The position numbers and the translations under genes were made by a program. From the NCBI GenBank assembly GCA_965201115.1, contig OZ241745.1, positions 2,534,340 through 2,598,339 on the forward strand: 64,000 nt of DNA. Reading direction: 5' to 3'. This document shows, piece after piece, positions 19,139-30,700 of this stretch. Positions within the stretch are counted from its first letter, which is position 1, and each line of letters begins with the position of its first letter. Origin of the DNA: Alphaproteobacteria bacterium (lineage in GTDB: Bacteria; Pseudomonadota; Alphaproteobacteria; UBA7887). The notes beneath the pieces were generated by a model. That model was not told where the DNA came from. It saw only the letters and a program-made list of their open reading frames with translations, and did no database searches.

Positions 19139-20046
19139 CACGGCGCGGGGGCCACGGAATAGAGTTCGCCGGGCGTCGCGACGAGATCGATCAGCAGTTT
19201 CGCGCATACGCCGAGCACGAGCAGGGCCAGCAGGCCGCGCAGTTGTTCGCCGCGCAGATACGCGCCGGCGCGGGCGCCGAACTGCGCGCCGACCACCGCG
19301 CCCGCGAGCAGCAGCATCGCCAGCATCGTATCGACCGTGCGGTTGGTCGCCGCGTGCAGCACGGTGACAATGGCGGTAACGAAGGTGATCTGGAACAGCG
19401 ATGTGCCGATCGCCATCAGCGTGGACATGCCGAGCAGGTAGATCATGGCCGGCACCATGAGAAAGCCGCCGCCGACGCCCATGATGGCGGACAGCATCCC
19501 GCCCGCGGCGCCGAGCGCGAAGGGCGCGAACACGCTGATATAGAGTTTCGATCGGCGGAACCGCATTTTCAGCGGCAGGCCGTGTACCCAGTAGTGCCGG
19601 TGCAGCCGCCGCCTTGCGCCGCGGCGGCGGCGCAATATCGCGTTGGCGCTTTCGACCGCCATCAACGCCCCCACGACGCCGAGAAAGGCCACGTAGGAGA
19701 TGGAGATCGCCGCGTCGATCTGTCCGAGTGCGCGGAGCTCGCGGAAGAGCAGCACGCCGGCGACCGAGCCGACGGCGCCGCCGGCCAGCAGCACCGCGCC
19801 CATGAGATAGTCCACATTGCCGCGCCGCGCGTGGGCGAGCATGCCCGACACCGACGAGGCGGCGATCTGATTGGCCTCGCTGCCGACGGCGACGGCCGGC
19901 GGCACGCCGGCGAAAATCAGCAGCGGGGTGAGCAGAAACCCGCCGCCGATGCCGAACAGGCCCGAGAGAAACCCGACGCCGCCGCCCAGGCCAAGCAGGA
20001 GCAGCACGCTGACCGACATTTCGGCGATGGGGAGATAGACGTCCAT
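19138..20046 (-). CDS. TauE/SafE family sulfite exporter
   Basis: MDVYLPIAEM, GLFGIGGGFLLTP, GVGGGFLMVPAMIYLLG. Confidence 0.9.
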   Translation of the reverse strand: MDVYLPIAEMSVSVLLLLGLGGGVGFLSGLFGIGGGFLLTPLLIFAGVPPAVAVGSEANQIAASSVSGMLAHARRGNVDYLMGAVLLAGGAVGSVAGVLLFRELRALGQIDAAISISYVAFLGVVGALMAVESANAILRRRRGARRRLHRHYWVHGLPLKMRFRRSKLYISVFAPFALGAAGGMLSAIMGVGGGFLMVPAMIYLLGMSTLMAIGTSLFQITFVTAIVTVLHAATNRTVDTMLAMLLLAGAVVGAQFGARAGAYLRGEQLRGLLALLVLGVCAKLLIDLVATPGELYSVAPAP

Positions 20047-20065
20047 GCCCGGCGCGCCCGGGGGG

Positions 20066-21064
20066 CTATGGCGCGACGAACCCCACGGCCGCTTTCGCTT
20101 CCGCCAGTGCCGGCCGGGCGAGCGCCCGCGCGCGCTCGGCGCCGGCGCGCAAAATCGCGTCGATCTGCGCAGGGTCGGCGGCGAGCCGGCGCATTTCCGC
20201 GCCGATGGGCGCGAGCTCCGCCACCGCGAGCTCGGTGAGGCGGGCCTTGAACGCGGAAAAGGCGGCGCCGGCGAACCCGGCGCAAACCTCCGCCGCCGGG
20301 CGATCGGCCAGCGCGGCGTAGATGCCGATGAGATTCGCGGCCTCGGGCCGCCCGGCCAGCCCGTCGGGCGTCTCCGGCAGCGGCTCGGGGTCGGTGCGCG
20401 CCCTGCGGATTTTCAGCGCGATGGCGTCGGCGTCGTCGGCCATGCCGATGCGCGAGTAATCGGAGGGATCGGATTTGCTCATCTTGCGCGAGCCGTCGCG
20501 CAGGCTCATCACGCGGGCCGCGGCGCCGAAGATGAGGGGCTCCGGCGCGGGAAACACCTCGCGCCCGAACATGCTGCCGAACGCCTGTGCGATGTCGCGC
20601 GCGAGCTCGAGATGCTGCTTTTGGTCCTCGCCCACCGGCACGTGCGTGGCCTTGTAGAGCAGGATATCCGCCGCCATCAGGTTGGGATAGGCGAACAGGC
20701 CGACCGTGGCGTTGTCGCGCCGCTTGCCCGCCTTTTCCTTGAACTGGGTCATGCGGTTGAGCCAACCCAGGCGGGCGACGCAGTTGAATATCCACGCGAG
20801 CTCGGCGTGCTCGGCGACCTGGCTCTGGTTGAACAGGATGTTGGCTTCGGGGTCGATGCCGGCGGCGATCAGGCCGGCGCAGACCTCGCGGGTATTGGCC
20901 GCCAGCTCCGCCGGATCCTGCGGGACGGTGATGGCGTGGAGATCGACCACGCAATAGAGGCACTCGTATTCGTGCTGGAGACGCGCCCAGTTGCGAATGG
21001 CGCCGAGATAGTTTCCGAGATGTAGATTGCCCGTGGGCTGTACGCCCGAGAATATCCGCGCCAT
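20066..21064 (-). CDS. trpS: Tryptophan--tRNA ligase
   Basis: [32 protein letters not shown]. Confidence 0.97.
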   Translation of the reverse strand: MARIFSGVQPTGNLHLGNYLGAIRNWARLQHEYECLYCVVDLHAITVPQDPAELAANTREVCAGLIAAGIDPEANILFNQSQVAEHAELAWIFNCVARLGWLNRMTQFKEKAGKRRDNATVGLFAYPNLMAADILLYKATHVPVGEDQKQHLELARDIAQAFGSMFGREVFPAPEPLIFGAAARVMSLRDGSRKMSKSDPSDYSRIGMADDADAIALKIRRARTDPEPLPETPDGLAGRPEAANLIGIYAALADRPAAEVCAGFAGAAFSAFKARLTELAVAELAPIGAEMRRLAADPAQIDAILRAGAERARALARPALAEAKAAVGFVAP

Positions 21065-21146
21065 CGCCGTCCTCCGCCTGCGCGGGGAGGATACGCCGGC
21101 GGCGCCGGCGGCGCCAGCGGTTTTTCCGGCGCGCGCCGGGACGGCG

Positions 21147-22697
21147 CTATCGTTCGCGGCGGGGGCGGAGGGCGCGGAGGTCGGCGGCGCGGACGGCGCC
21201 GCACAGGCGGGCGGCGAGCGCGAACAGCGCCAGGCCGAGCGCGACGATCGCCGCGAGGCCCGCCGCGCGCCCGGCCGGGCCGGAGGCGAACCACGGCGCC
21301 AGCAGCTCGACGGCAAGGGCGACGCCGGCGGCCATCGCGGCGACGGCGGCGACCGTGCGCGGAAGGCGGGACCGCAAGCGCGAATCGAGGCGCAAATGGC
21401 CGCGCCGCGCCAGCGCCAGCGCCAGCAGGCCCGCGTTGAGCCACGACGACAGCGCGCTCGCCAGCGCAATCCCCACATGCGCCAGCGGGCCGATCAGCGA
21501 CAGACTCGCAACCACGTTGACGACCAGGCACAGCGTTGCGACGACCACCGGCGTGCGCGTGTCCTCGCGGGCGAAAAACCCCGGCGCCAGCACCTTGACG
21601 AGCACGAAGGCGGGCAGCCCGGCGGCGTAGGCGGCCAGCGCGCCCGCGGCGGCGGCGGCGGCGGCGGCGTCGAACGCGCCGCGCTGGAACAGCCCGGCGA
21701 CCACGGGCTCCGCCGCCACCGCCAGCGCCGCCGCCGCGGGCAGGGTAAGCAACAGCGCGTATTCGAGAGCGCGGTTCTGGCTCGCTTCCGCCGCCGCGGC
21801 CTCGCCGCCGCGCAGCTGGCGCGCCAGCGTGGGCAGCAGCGCCGCGCCCATCGCGACGCCGATCACGCCCAGCGGCAACTGCACGATGCGATCGGCGTAA
21901 TAGAGATACGAGATCGCGCCGGTGGGCAGCAGCGAGGCGATGATTATGTCCGCCAGCAGGTTCAGCTGCTGTACGCCGGCGCCGAGCGCCGCCGGCCCGA
22001 TCAGCGCCAGCAGGCGGCGCACGCCGGGCGTGAGCCGCGGCCGCGGCAGGCCCGGCAGCAGCCCCGCGCGGCGGCAGTTCCACGCGAGCCACAGGAACTG
22101 CGCGACGCCGGCGACGGCGACCCCCGCGGCAAGCGCGTGCCCCGGCGTCGCCAGCGCGCCGCGGAACGCCACGATGGCGGCGATCAGGCAGAGATTGAGG
22201 AGGATCGGCGCCGCCGCGGCCGCCGCGAAGCGCTCCACGCCGTTCAGCACGCCGGAAAGCAGCGCCACCAGCGAGATGAACAGCAGATAGGGGAAGGTGA
22301 GCCGCGTAAGCGCGACGGCGAGGGCGAACTTGTCGGCATCGCCGGCGAAACCCGGGGCGGCGAGGCGAATCAGCCACGGCATGGCGATCTCGGCGGCGGC
22401 CACTACCGCCACCAGCGCCCAAAACAACACCGCCATCGCCTCGCCGGCGAAAACGCGCGCGGCCTCGGGCCCGTCGGTTTTCGCGCGCCCGGCGAACAGC
22501 GGTATGAACGCCAAGTTGAACGCGCCTTCGGCGAACAGGCGGCGGAACAGGTTGGGCAGTTTGAAGGCGACGAAGAAGGCGTCGCCGACCAGGCCGGCGC
22601 CCACATAGCGGGCGATGAGGATGTCGCGAAGGAAGCCGAGAACCCGCGAGGCAAGCGTCCAGCCGCCGACGGTGGCGGCGAAACGGATCAGCGCCAC
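21147..22697 (-). CDS. murJ: Lipid II flippase
   Basis: [56 protein letters not shown] start. Confidence 0.95.
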   Translation of the reverse strand: MALIRFAATVGGWTLASRVLGFLRDILIARYVGAGLVGDAFFVAFKLPNLFRRLFAEGAFNLAFIPLFAGRAKTDGPEAARVFAGEAMAVLFWALVAVVAAAEIAMPWLIRLAAPGFAGDADKFALAVALTRLTFPYLLFISLVALLSGVLNGVERFAAAAAAPILLNLCLIAAIVAFRGALATPGHALAAGVAVAGVAQFLWLAWNCRRAGLLPGLPRPRLTPGVRRLLALIGPAALGAGVQQLNLLADIIIASLLPTGAISYLYYADRIVQLPLGVIGVAMGAALLPTLARQLRGGEAAAAEASQNRALEYALLLTLPAAAALAVAAEPVVAGLFQRGAFDAAAAAAAAGALAAYAAGLPAFVLVKVLAPGFFAREDTRTPVVVATLCLVVNVVASLSLIGPLAHVGIALASALSSWLNAGLLALALARRGHLRLDSRLRSRLPRTVAAVAAMAAGVALAVELLAPWFASGPAGRAAGLAAIVALGLALFALAARLCGAVRAADLRALRPRRER

Positions 22698-22740
22698 GGG
22701 CGGCGAATCCGGTTGCGCTCGCGCGCGGTTTTCGCGGCGC

Positions 22741-22793
22741 GCGAACCCCGCCGAAGACGGGACCGGGGCGCCCGCGCGTCCCCGCCCGCACGT
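22741..22793 (-). repeat. Degenerate REP-like element
   Basis: aaccccgccgaa...cgtcccgcccgcacgt. Confidence 0.6.
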
Positions 22794-22930
22794 TTCCGCG
22801 GGGCGCGGCGTTGGCGGGGAGGCGCGGTCGCCGCCCCCTCTCGAGGCTTTCGCCCGGCTTGAGACGCGCGCCCGGGCCGCGCTTGCGCGCGGTTGCGCCG
22901 GCGCTCGCGGGCGCGCGCCACGGCGGGCGG

Positions 22931-25687
22931 CTAGCCCGCCGCGGCCGCCGCCGCCCCGGCCGCGCCCGCCGCGCCGCCGCCGGGCGCCGCCGCGAGCAGG
23001 GTCGTTCTGATTTCGTCGATACGGCGCGGGTCGGTCGCCTTCATTCCGAAACTGTCCTTGACATAGAACACGTCGACGGCGCTTTCGCCGTAAGTGGCGA
23101 CGCGCGCGCCGCTCACCGAGAGGCGCAGTTCGTTCAGCGCGCGCGCGACGTCGAACAGCAGGCCGGCGCGGTCGCGCGCGTTGAGCTCGATAACCGTATG
23201 CTCGGCCGAGGCGCGGTTGTCGATCAGCACGCGCGGCTGCACCTTGAAGACCGACATGCGGCTGGCGCGCGAGGCGCGCTCGCGCCGCGCGAGGTCGATC
23301 TGCGGCTTGAAATCGCGCGCGAGGGTTTTCTCCACGGTTGCCGACAGCCGCGCCAGCCGCTCGGCCCCCTCGACCGCGCGGCCCTTCGCGTCCTGCACGT
23401 GAAACGTGTCGAGCGCCATGCCGTCCCTGGTGGTGAAAACGCGCGCCTCGACAATGCCGGCGCCGCAAGCGGTCATGGCGCCGGCGATGCCGGCGAACAG
23501 GCCGGGATGGTCGGGCGCATAGACGATCACCTCGGTGACGGCGCGGAAGGCGTCGATGCGCGTTTCGACCGCCAGCGGCGCGGCAGCCGCGTCGCCGCGC
23601 CGCGCCAGGGCCGCGTGGCGCGCCAGCGCCTCGGTGTCGAAACTGAGCAGATGGGCGGGGTAGGCGCGGTCGAGAAAGCGCTCGACCTCGGCGGGCGGCC
23701 AGTCGGCAAGCGCCTCGCGCAAGGCGGCGCGGGCGGCGTCGATGCGCCGCGCGCGGTCCGCCAGCGCGTCGCCGCCGGTCATCGCCGCTTCGGCGCGGTA
23801 GTAAAGGCCGCGCAGCAGCTCGCCTTTCCAGCCGTTCCACACATTCGGCCCCACCGCGCGGATGTCGGCCACGGTCAGAGTCAGCAACAGGCGCAAACGC
23901 TGCGGCGAGCGCACGATCGCGATGAAATTCTCGACGGTGCGCGGATCGGAAATATCGCGGTTGAATGCGGTGGAGGAAAACAGCAGGTGGTATTTCACGA
24001 GCCAGACGACGGTCTCGGTCTCCTCCGCCGTGCAGCCGAGTCTGGGCGCCAGTTTGCGCGCGATGCGCGCGCCGATTTCCGAGTGATCGCCGCCGCGGCC
24101 CTTGCCGATGTCGTGCAGGAACAGCGCCAGATACAGCGCCCTGCGCGACAGGACCTCATGGACGATCCCGGTGGCGAGCGGGAGTTCGTCGGCCAGCGCG
24201 CCCTTCTCGATGCGCGACAGCACGCCCATGGCGAAGATCGTGTGCTCATCGACCGTATAGACGTGGTACATGTCGTGCTGCGTCTGGGCGACCACGCGCC
24301 GGAAGGGCGGAACGAACCGCCCGAGCACGCCCGCTTCGTTGAGGCGGCGCAGCGTGGTTTCCGGGTCGTTTTCGCTGACGAGCATGTCCATGAACAGGCG
24401 GTTGGCGCGCGGGTCGGCGCGCAGGCGCGCGTCGATGCGGCCCAGGTTGCGCGTGATGAGCATGAGCGCGCGCGGATGCACGTCGAGCGCGCGCGCCTGG
24501 GCGACGTGGAACAGCCGCAGCATGTCGATGGGCGCGCGCTCAAAGGCGTCGTCGCGCGCGACGCCGACGCGGCCGTGGTCGATGACGAAGCCGTCGATCT
24601 CGCGCCGCAACAGGCTCAGGCCGGGGAAGCGGAACAGCCGGCTGCGCGCCTGTTCGGCCTCGATGGCGGCGCAGAAGATGCGCGTCAGATCGCCCACCGT
24701 CTTGGCGACGAGATAGTAGTGTTTCATGAAGCGCTCGACATCGAGGCTGCCGGCGCGGTCGGTGTAGTCGAGCGCCTCCGCCGCGCGGATCTGCGTGTCG
24801 AACGTCAAGCGCTCCTCGGCGCGCCCGGCCAGGTAGTGGAGACGGAAGCGCACGGTCCACAGGAAGCGGTGGGCGCGGCGGAACATGCGGAACTCGGCCT
24901 CGGTGAGCACGCCGCGCGCCGCGAGGTCGCGCATGTCGGCGGCGCGGTAATGCGTCCTGGCGATCCAGAGGAGGGTGTGGAGATCGCGCAGCCCGCCCTT
25001 GCCGTCCTTCAGGTTGGGCTCGACGACATAGCGCGAATCGCCCATGCGGCGGTGGCGGGCGTCGCGCTCCTCGAGCTTGGCGGCCACGAAAGCGCGGGCG
25101 CCGCCGGCCAGCTCCCTGCCGAAGCGCTGCCGCAGCTCCAAGTGAAGCGCCTGATCGCCGTAAACGTAGCGCGCCTCCAGGAGCGCGGTGCGAATCGTGA
25201 CGTCGCCGCGCGCGCGGGCCAGCGTCTCGTCGATCGACCGCGCCGCGTGGCCTGTCGCCAGCCCCAGGTCCCACAGGACATAAAGCATGTATTCGACAAT
25301 TTGCTCGCCGCGCGGGGTGATCTTGTAGGGCGTGAGAAACAGCAGATCGATGTCGGAAAACGGCGCCAGTTCGCCGCGCCCGTATCCGCCCACGGCCACC
25401 AGCGCGAGGCGGTCCGCCGCCGTGGGGTTGGGCTCGGGGAACACGCGGCCGGCGGCGTGGTCGAACAGGACGGAGAGCAGGCGATCCATCAGCCACGCGA
25501 GGCCCGCCGCCGCCGCGGGGCCGTCGGCGACGCCGTCGAAGCGCCGCCGGATTTCCGCGCGCCCGGCGTCGAGCGCGCGCCTGAGGCAGGCGAGCGCGGC
25601 GCCGCGCCCGGCGGCGGGGTCGAGCGCCGCCATCTCGCGAACGAGCGCCCTCGGCTCGATAATCGCGCGTTTGTCGGGTATCCGCAT
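22931..25687 (-). CDS. glnD: [Protein-PII] uridylyltransferase
   Basis: AVGGYGRGELAPFSDIDL, EPNLKDGKGGLRDLH, YHVYTVDEH, HDIGKG, two C-terminal ACT domains. Confidence 0.97.
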   Translation of the reverse strand: MRIPDKRAIIEPRALVREMAALDPAAGRGAALACLRRALDAGRAEIRRRFDGVADGPAAAAGLAWLMDRLLSVLFDHAAGRVFPEPNPTAADRLALVAVGGYGRGELAPFSDIDLLFLTPYKITPRGEQIVEYMLYVLWDLGLATGHAARSIDETLARARGDVTIRTALLEARYVYGDQALHLELRQRFGRELAGGARAFVAAKLEERDARHRRMGDSRYVVEPNLKDGKGGLRDLHTLLWIARTHYRAADMRDLAARGVLTEAEFRMFRRAHRFLWTVRFRLHYLAGRAEERLTFDTQIRAAEALDYTDRAGSLDVERFMKHYYLVAKTVGDLTRIFCAAIEAEQARSRLFRFPGLSLLRREIDGFVIDHGRVGVARDDAFERAPIDMLRLFHVAQARALDVHPRALMLITRNLGRIDARLRADPRANRLFMDMLVSENDPETTLRRLNEAGVLGRFVPPFRRVVAQTQHDMYHVYTVDEHTIFAMGVLSRIEKGALADELPLATGIVHEVLSRRALYLALFLHDIGKGRGGDHSEIGARIARKLAPRLGCTAEETETVVWLVKYHLLFSSTAFNRDISDPRTVENFIAIVRSPQRLRLLLTLTVADIRAVGPNVWNGWKGELLRGLYYRAEAAMTGGDALADRARRIDAARAALREALADWPPAEVERFLDRAYPAHLLSFDTEALARHAALARRGDAAAAPLAVETRIDAFRAVTEVIVYAPDHPGLFAGIAGAMTACGAGIVEARVFTTRDGMALDTFHVQDAKGRAVEGAERLARLSATVEKTLARDFKPQIDLARRERASRASRMSVFKVQPRVLIDNRASAEHTVIELNARDRAGLLFDVARALNELRLSVSGARVATYGESAVDVFYVKDSFGMKATDPRRIDEIRTTLLAAAPGGGAAGAAGAAAAAAG

Positions 25688-25828
25688 GGCCGCCAATATA
25701 GCAGTGCGCGGGAGCGCTTTCATGCCGCCCTTGATCGCGCGCGCGGCCGCGCGGTAACTTGGCGCGCCGGTGCGGGGCCGGGCGCGCCCCGCGCCGCGGG
25801 GAAGCACCGGGGGCAAGGAGAAGCGGTT

Positions 25829-26290
25829 ATGAAAACGCTTTTGCGGGCCGCGGCATGCGCGGCGGCGATCGGCGTTGCGAACATGGCGGGCGGCGCGGCG
25901 GCGGCCGACGCCGAGGCGGGCCGCGAGGAATATCTCGGACTTTGCATCAAGTGCCACGGGCTGCTCAAGAACGACCCGGACAGCTGGACGCCGCACAACC
26001 TGGCGTCGCCGGCCATAGCGTCGCCGCAAGGGCCGCCGCTCGTCGATGTGTTCGGCCGGCCCGCCGGCATTATCGATTTCTACCGCTATTCGCGGGCGTT
26101 CCGCGCGGCGCTCGAAAACCCGTGGGAATGGGACGCCGACGCGCTCGACTACTGGGTCGCCGACTCGCAAGCGTTTATCTCCGGAAGCACCATGTTCGTG
26201 AAGCTCCCGGACGATACGGCGCGCGCGAACCTCGTCGCGTATCTCGAGAAATACGCGCCGTGGATCCCCGACGCGGCGGAAGCGGAATAA
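25829..26290 (+). CDS. Class I cytochrome c
   Basis: Signal peptide, CIKCH heme motif, GPPL.DV.GR.AG, distal Met in GSTMF; AAGGAG RBS. Confidence 0.88.
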   Translation: MKTLLRAAACAAAIGVANMAGGAAAADAEAGREEYLGLCIKCHGLLKNDPDSWTPHNLASPAIASPQGPPLVDVFGRPAGIIDFYRYSRAFRAALENPWEWDADALDYWVADSQAFISGSTMFVKLPDDTARANLVAYLEKYAPWIPDAAEAE

Positions 26291-26326
26291 CCCGCGGGCG
26301 CAACGGAACAGCGGGAGGGCGGCGCG

Positions 26327-26713
26327 ATGGTCCGGCGTTTCATGGTTCCCGGCCAGCCGGAGCCGGTCAGCCACTACTGCCACGCGACGCGCGCGGGCGA
26401 CCGCATATGGGTGTCGGGAACGGTGGGCATCGCCGCCGACGGCTCGATCCCCGAGGATGCGGTCGATCAGTTCCGCCTTGCGCTGGCGAATCTCGACGCG
26501 GTGCTGCGGGCGGCGGGGGGCGCGCCCGAAGACGTGACGAAGGTGACGGTGTTCCTCACCGATATCGCCGACCGCGCGCGTATTAACCCGCTGCGCCAAA
26601 CGTATTTCGGCGAGCACCGCCCGGCGTCGACGCTGGTGGAGGTTTCCGCCTTGGTGCTGCCCGCGCTCAAGGTCGAGATCGAGGCCGAGGCGGCGGTGGG
26701 GGGAGAGGAATGA
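26327..26713 (+). CDS. RidA family protein
   Basis: IWVSGTVG, VTKVTVFLTD, RPASTLVEV, VEIEAEA. Confidence 0.9.
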   Translation: MVRRFMVPGQPEPVSHYCHATRAGDRIWVSGTVGIAADGSIPEDAVDQFRLALANLDAVLRAAGGAPEDVTKVTVFLTDIADRARINPLRQTYFGEHRPASTLVEVSALVLPALKVEIEAEAAVGGEE

Positions 26714-27477
26714 ACGTTCCCGGCGCCGTGCGGAGGCGCCGGGGGCGGCTCGCGGCGCCGGTATGCGCGCTGCTGCTCTGGGCGGCCGCGGCGCCGGCGG
26801 GCGCGGAGACCATCGACGCGGCGCGCGCCGCCTTCGCGGAAGGGCGCTTTCTTGAAGCGGCGGAAGCAGGAGCGGCGCTGGGCACAAGCGAGGGCTGGGC
26901 GCTCGCCGCGCGTTCGCTTGCGATATACGGCTTTCACCTCGCGCCGGAAGACGGGAAACAGGCGCTGTTCGTCAGCGCTATGGAGGCGGGCGGGCGCGCC
27001 GTCGCGCTCGACGCCGACAGCGCCGAGGCGCATATGCAGTCCGCCCACGCGATGGGCCGTTACGCACAGACCATCGGCTCGATGGAGGCGTTCGCCGAGG
27101 GTTTCGCCGACCGGATTCGCGCGGCGCTCGACGCCGCGCTGGCGCTCGAGCCGGACCACGTCGCGGCGCATTTGGCGCTGGCGGGCTGGCACGCCGGGAT
27201 TGTCGTGGCCGCCGGCGCGATGGGGCGCATTTTCTATGGCGCGACCGGGGAAGACGCGCTCAGGCACTACGAACGCGCCTTGGCGCTGGCGCCCGATTCG
27301 CCCATCGTGCGCTACGATTTCGCCGAGAACCTGCTGGCGCTCGACGATGACTACACGGAACGCGCGCAGTCCCTCCTCCGCGGCGCCATCGCCCTCGGCC
27401 CGCAAGACGCCTACGGCGAACTCGTCCGCAAACGCGCGCAAGCGCTGCTCACGGAGCTCGAAGCCGCCGGAAACTGA
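26710..27477 (+). CDS. Exported helical-repeat (TPR-like) hypothetical protein
   Basis: Signal peptide; repeated ALALxP helical pattern. Confidence 0.65.
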   Translation: MNVPGAVRRRRGRLAAPVCALLLWAAAAPAGAETIDAARAAFAEGRFLEAAEAGAALGTSEGWALAARSLAIYGFHLAPEDGKQALFVSAMEAGGRAVALDADSAEAHMQSAHAMGRYAQTIGSMEAFAEGFADRIRAALDAALALEPDHVAAHLALAGWHAGIVVAAGAMGRIFYGATGEDALRHYERALALAPDSPIVRYDFAENLLALDDDYTERAQSLLRGAIALGPQDAYGELVRKRAQALLTELEAAGN

Positions 27478-27517
27478 GGCGGGCGCGACTGGGCATCCCG
27501 CTCTCAAGGCGCTGCGG

Positions 27518-27542
27518 GTACAGACGATTCGCTAATTGAGTC
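27518..27542 (-). mobile_element. Solitary IS1595-type terminal IR copy
   Basis: Reverse complement ctcaattagcgaatcgtctgtac is 21/23 identical to 11833-11855. Confidence 0.65.
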
Positions 27543-27700
27543 AACCGCGTCCGACCCCGGGGGACGGAAAGCGGAGCCCCGGGCGCATACCAAGAGGCAG
27601 AGGCGGATCCGGGGCGCACAAGGGCAACATGGCGAACAGCAGAGCAGGCGTCAAGGGCTTCTCGTGGACGAGCAGGGTTCTCGATGCGCTCAAGGCCTCA

Positions 27701-27752
27701 ACGTGCGGGCAGGATGCCCGCGGTCCCGGGCCCCGCCTTCGGCGGGGTTGCG
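27701..27752 (+). repeat. REP-like element (two hairpins) just downstream of the autotransporter stop
   Basis: acgtgcgggcaggatgcccgcggtcccgggccccgccttcggcggggttgcg. Confidence 0.85.
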
Positions 27753-27765
27753 GCTTCTTCCGCGA

Positions 27766-30700
27766 TCAGAAGCGGACGGTGAGTGTTGCGCTGCCGCTGA
27801 AGTCTCGGTTGCCGTGGCGGGCGGCGGCGTAGTTGGCGTTGGCGCGGAGGGCTATGCGGCCGTCGGCCCATTCGTGGGCGGCGCCGAGGCCGAGGCGGGC
27901 CCATGTCGCTTCCGCTTCGGCTTCGAAGGGGCGGTCCGCCGCCGTGGTTTCCATTGCGCCGGACAGTTCGCGCTCAAGGTCCAGCGTTGCGAACATGGCG
28001 CCGGCGCCGCCGGGGAGGGCGGCGGACTCGGCGCGCACGCCGGCGCGGGCCGTAATGCGGCGGCCCGCGTCAAGCGACACGCGCTCGTTCACGGAGTCCG
28101 TGAACGACGACATCTCCACCATCGACCAATCGGCGCCCGCGCGCGGCGTCAGCGTCACGCGGCCCAGCTCGAGGCGCCGCCCGATCTCCACGCCGGCGGC
28201 GTAGCCGCGGCCCGACAAGTCTCGCGCAAGGGCGCCCTCGAACGCCGAAGCCGAATCCAGATCGGCCTCGTACAGCGTCGCCGCGGCCTGAGCGCTCACA
28301 TAGATATTCTCGGCGGGCAGCCATGCGCCCGATATGCGGGCGCCCGTGCCGGTTATCTCGACCCGGCCGCCGCCCGCCTCGGTGTCCGCGTCGGTGTCCA
28401 CATCGGCGCGGCCGCGCACATGATGAACGGAGATCGCGAACACGCCGCGCTCGCCCGCCGCGCCCTCGATCCCCGCCTCGAACCCGAAGCGGCGGTAGTC
28501 GTGATGCGCCTGCGCGACAGACGACGCCGGATGGCGCTCGCCGCCGGCGGCGTCGAGGCGCGCGAACGCGCCGCGCGGCGCGCCCGCCGAAGCGAAACGG
28601 TCGCCGTGGGCGGGGAGCGCGTTCAGCGCCAGCAGCGCCGAAGGCAGAGCTTCGTACACGCGGTGGCGCGGCGCCGGACCGACCTCGATGCGACCGTCGC
28701 GGGTTATCCGGAGACGCGAATCGACGCGGCCCTGGCGCTTGAGCGTAATCGTCGCGTTGCCGGCGTCGATGCGACCGCCGCCCAGGCGCAGCGCCGCCTC
28801 CTCGTCGGTTTCGCCCGCCGCCGCACGTATCGTTACCGTCTCGGCGCCGATGACGGGCTCCGCGATGCTCCCGTTCTCGCCTACCGTAACCGCGCCCCGG
28901 GGCACATCGACGCTCTGCGCCGCGCCGTCGACCGTGACTTCGCTGCCGGCGCCCGCCAGCGCGACGCGGCCGTCGATGGCGCCGCCGGCATCGACCGTCA
29001 CGGTCGAGGCGGCGGCGGCGTCGCGCGCCTCCACGGCGCCCTCCACCATGCCTTCCCCCTCGACCGTCATGTTCAGCGCGCCCGTCGCGACGGAGACCGC
29101 GACGCGGCGGCCCTGCGCGTCCTCCGCGCCCATGAGCACGCCGCCGGCCGCGACCGTCACCTCGCCGCCATCGGAAACCGTCAGCGGGCGCGCCGCTTCC
29201 GCGCGCCCGGCGATGCGAATGGCCTCCAGGCCCTCGACATGCCCCTTGAACGTCCCGCCGGACGCCACCGTCAGCCGGTGCATGCCGCCATCGCCGCCGA
29301 TGACGCCGCCGGTCAGTTCGTTGGCGACCGTGACCATCAGCGCCCCGGCGCCCATGCCCTCGATATTGCCTGTGACATTGCCGTTCACCATCGCCATCAG
29401 ATCGCCGGCCTCGCTGCGCACCGCCGCACGACCGTCGAGGTTCGACAGGCGCCCCCCGGCGCCGACCGACACCGTGCCGCCGCGGTCGAACAGCACGCTC
29501 CGGGCGGACCCTTCGACCGTCACCGTGCTGGCGGCCAGGTGGATGAGACCTTCGACCGAGCCGCCGGATTTCACATGAACGTCGTGCTCGCCGCCGCCGA
29601 GGCCGAATATCCCGCCCCTGACCGTGCCGCTCACATCCACATCGAGATCGCCGTCGCCCGCGCCGCGGATATCGCCCGCCACGGTCCCCATCGCCGCTAC
29701 TTCCACCGCCAGGTCGCCCGCCGCGCCGCGGATCGCCTCGCGACCGCCGTCCGAAGTCTCGACGCCCAACACCGCGCCGCCGGAGGCGACCGTTACCGAA
29801 CCGCCGTTCTCGTAGAGCACGCGCGCCGCGCGGCCCGCAACCGTCGCCGCGTGGGAACCCGCGCCCGCGCCGCGAATGGCGCCCGCAACCGAACCGCCGG
29901 ACGCAACCGTAACCCGATGCACGCCGGCGCCCAGGCCGCGGATATCCCCCGAAACCGCGCCCGCAACCGTTACCGTCAGGTCACCCGCGCCGCGCGCCTC
30001 GATGCGGCCCTTGACGGCGCCGCCGGACGCAATCGCCACCGTCAGGTCTCCCGCGTCGGAACGGATTGCCTCCCGAACGCCCTCGACCTCGAGAGCCTTG
30101 ATTTCGCCGCGCGCCCCGACCTTCACGGACCCGCCCCGGTCCAGCAGCACGCGCCCGGCCGCGCCGTGGTCCACATCCGCCTCGCCCGCCGCCAGGCGCA
30201 CCGTTCCCGTGACCATGCCGCCGCCGCGAACCGCGACCGTGTGCTCGCCGGCGCCGAGACCCAGTATATCGCCCTCGACCGTGCCGGTTACCGTCGCCGC
30301 CAGCGCGCCGCCGCGGCTCTCCACATTTCCGGTCGCCTCGCCGGCAATCGCGACCTCCAGGTCGCCCGCCGCGCTGCGGATCGCCTCGCCGCCGACGCCC
30401 GAGACGCGCCCGCTCGCCGCAATCGTCAGCGCGCCGCCGTTGTCGAACAGAACGCGCCCGACGGCGCCCGAAATCGTCGTCCCCCGCTTCGGGTTATGCA
30501 CCGTGCCCACAACCCGCGCCTTGTCCGCGATTTCGATCGTATGCACGCCCCCGCCGCGACCGAATATCTCCCCCGCAATCGTCCCGGTCTCCGAAACCAT
30601 CACCGTCAGGTCGCCATCGCCGCGCGCCTCGATATTGCCCGTCACCGTTCCGTGAACGGTAATCGCCAAATCCCCCGCGTCGCCGCGGACCGCCTCCCGG

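Noticed and set aside
11831-27542. Composite transposon bounded by the IR copies at 11.8 and 27.5 kb
   Set aside because: The flanks show no target duplication (aatatgta versus aaccgcgt) and the interval is mostly conserved housekeeping genes
30616-30687. Two RGD tripeptides in the autotransporter passenger
   Set aside because: They sit at repeat positions that elsewhere read RGA/RGE/RGN/RSD in Gly-rich sequence; chance is sufficient
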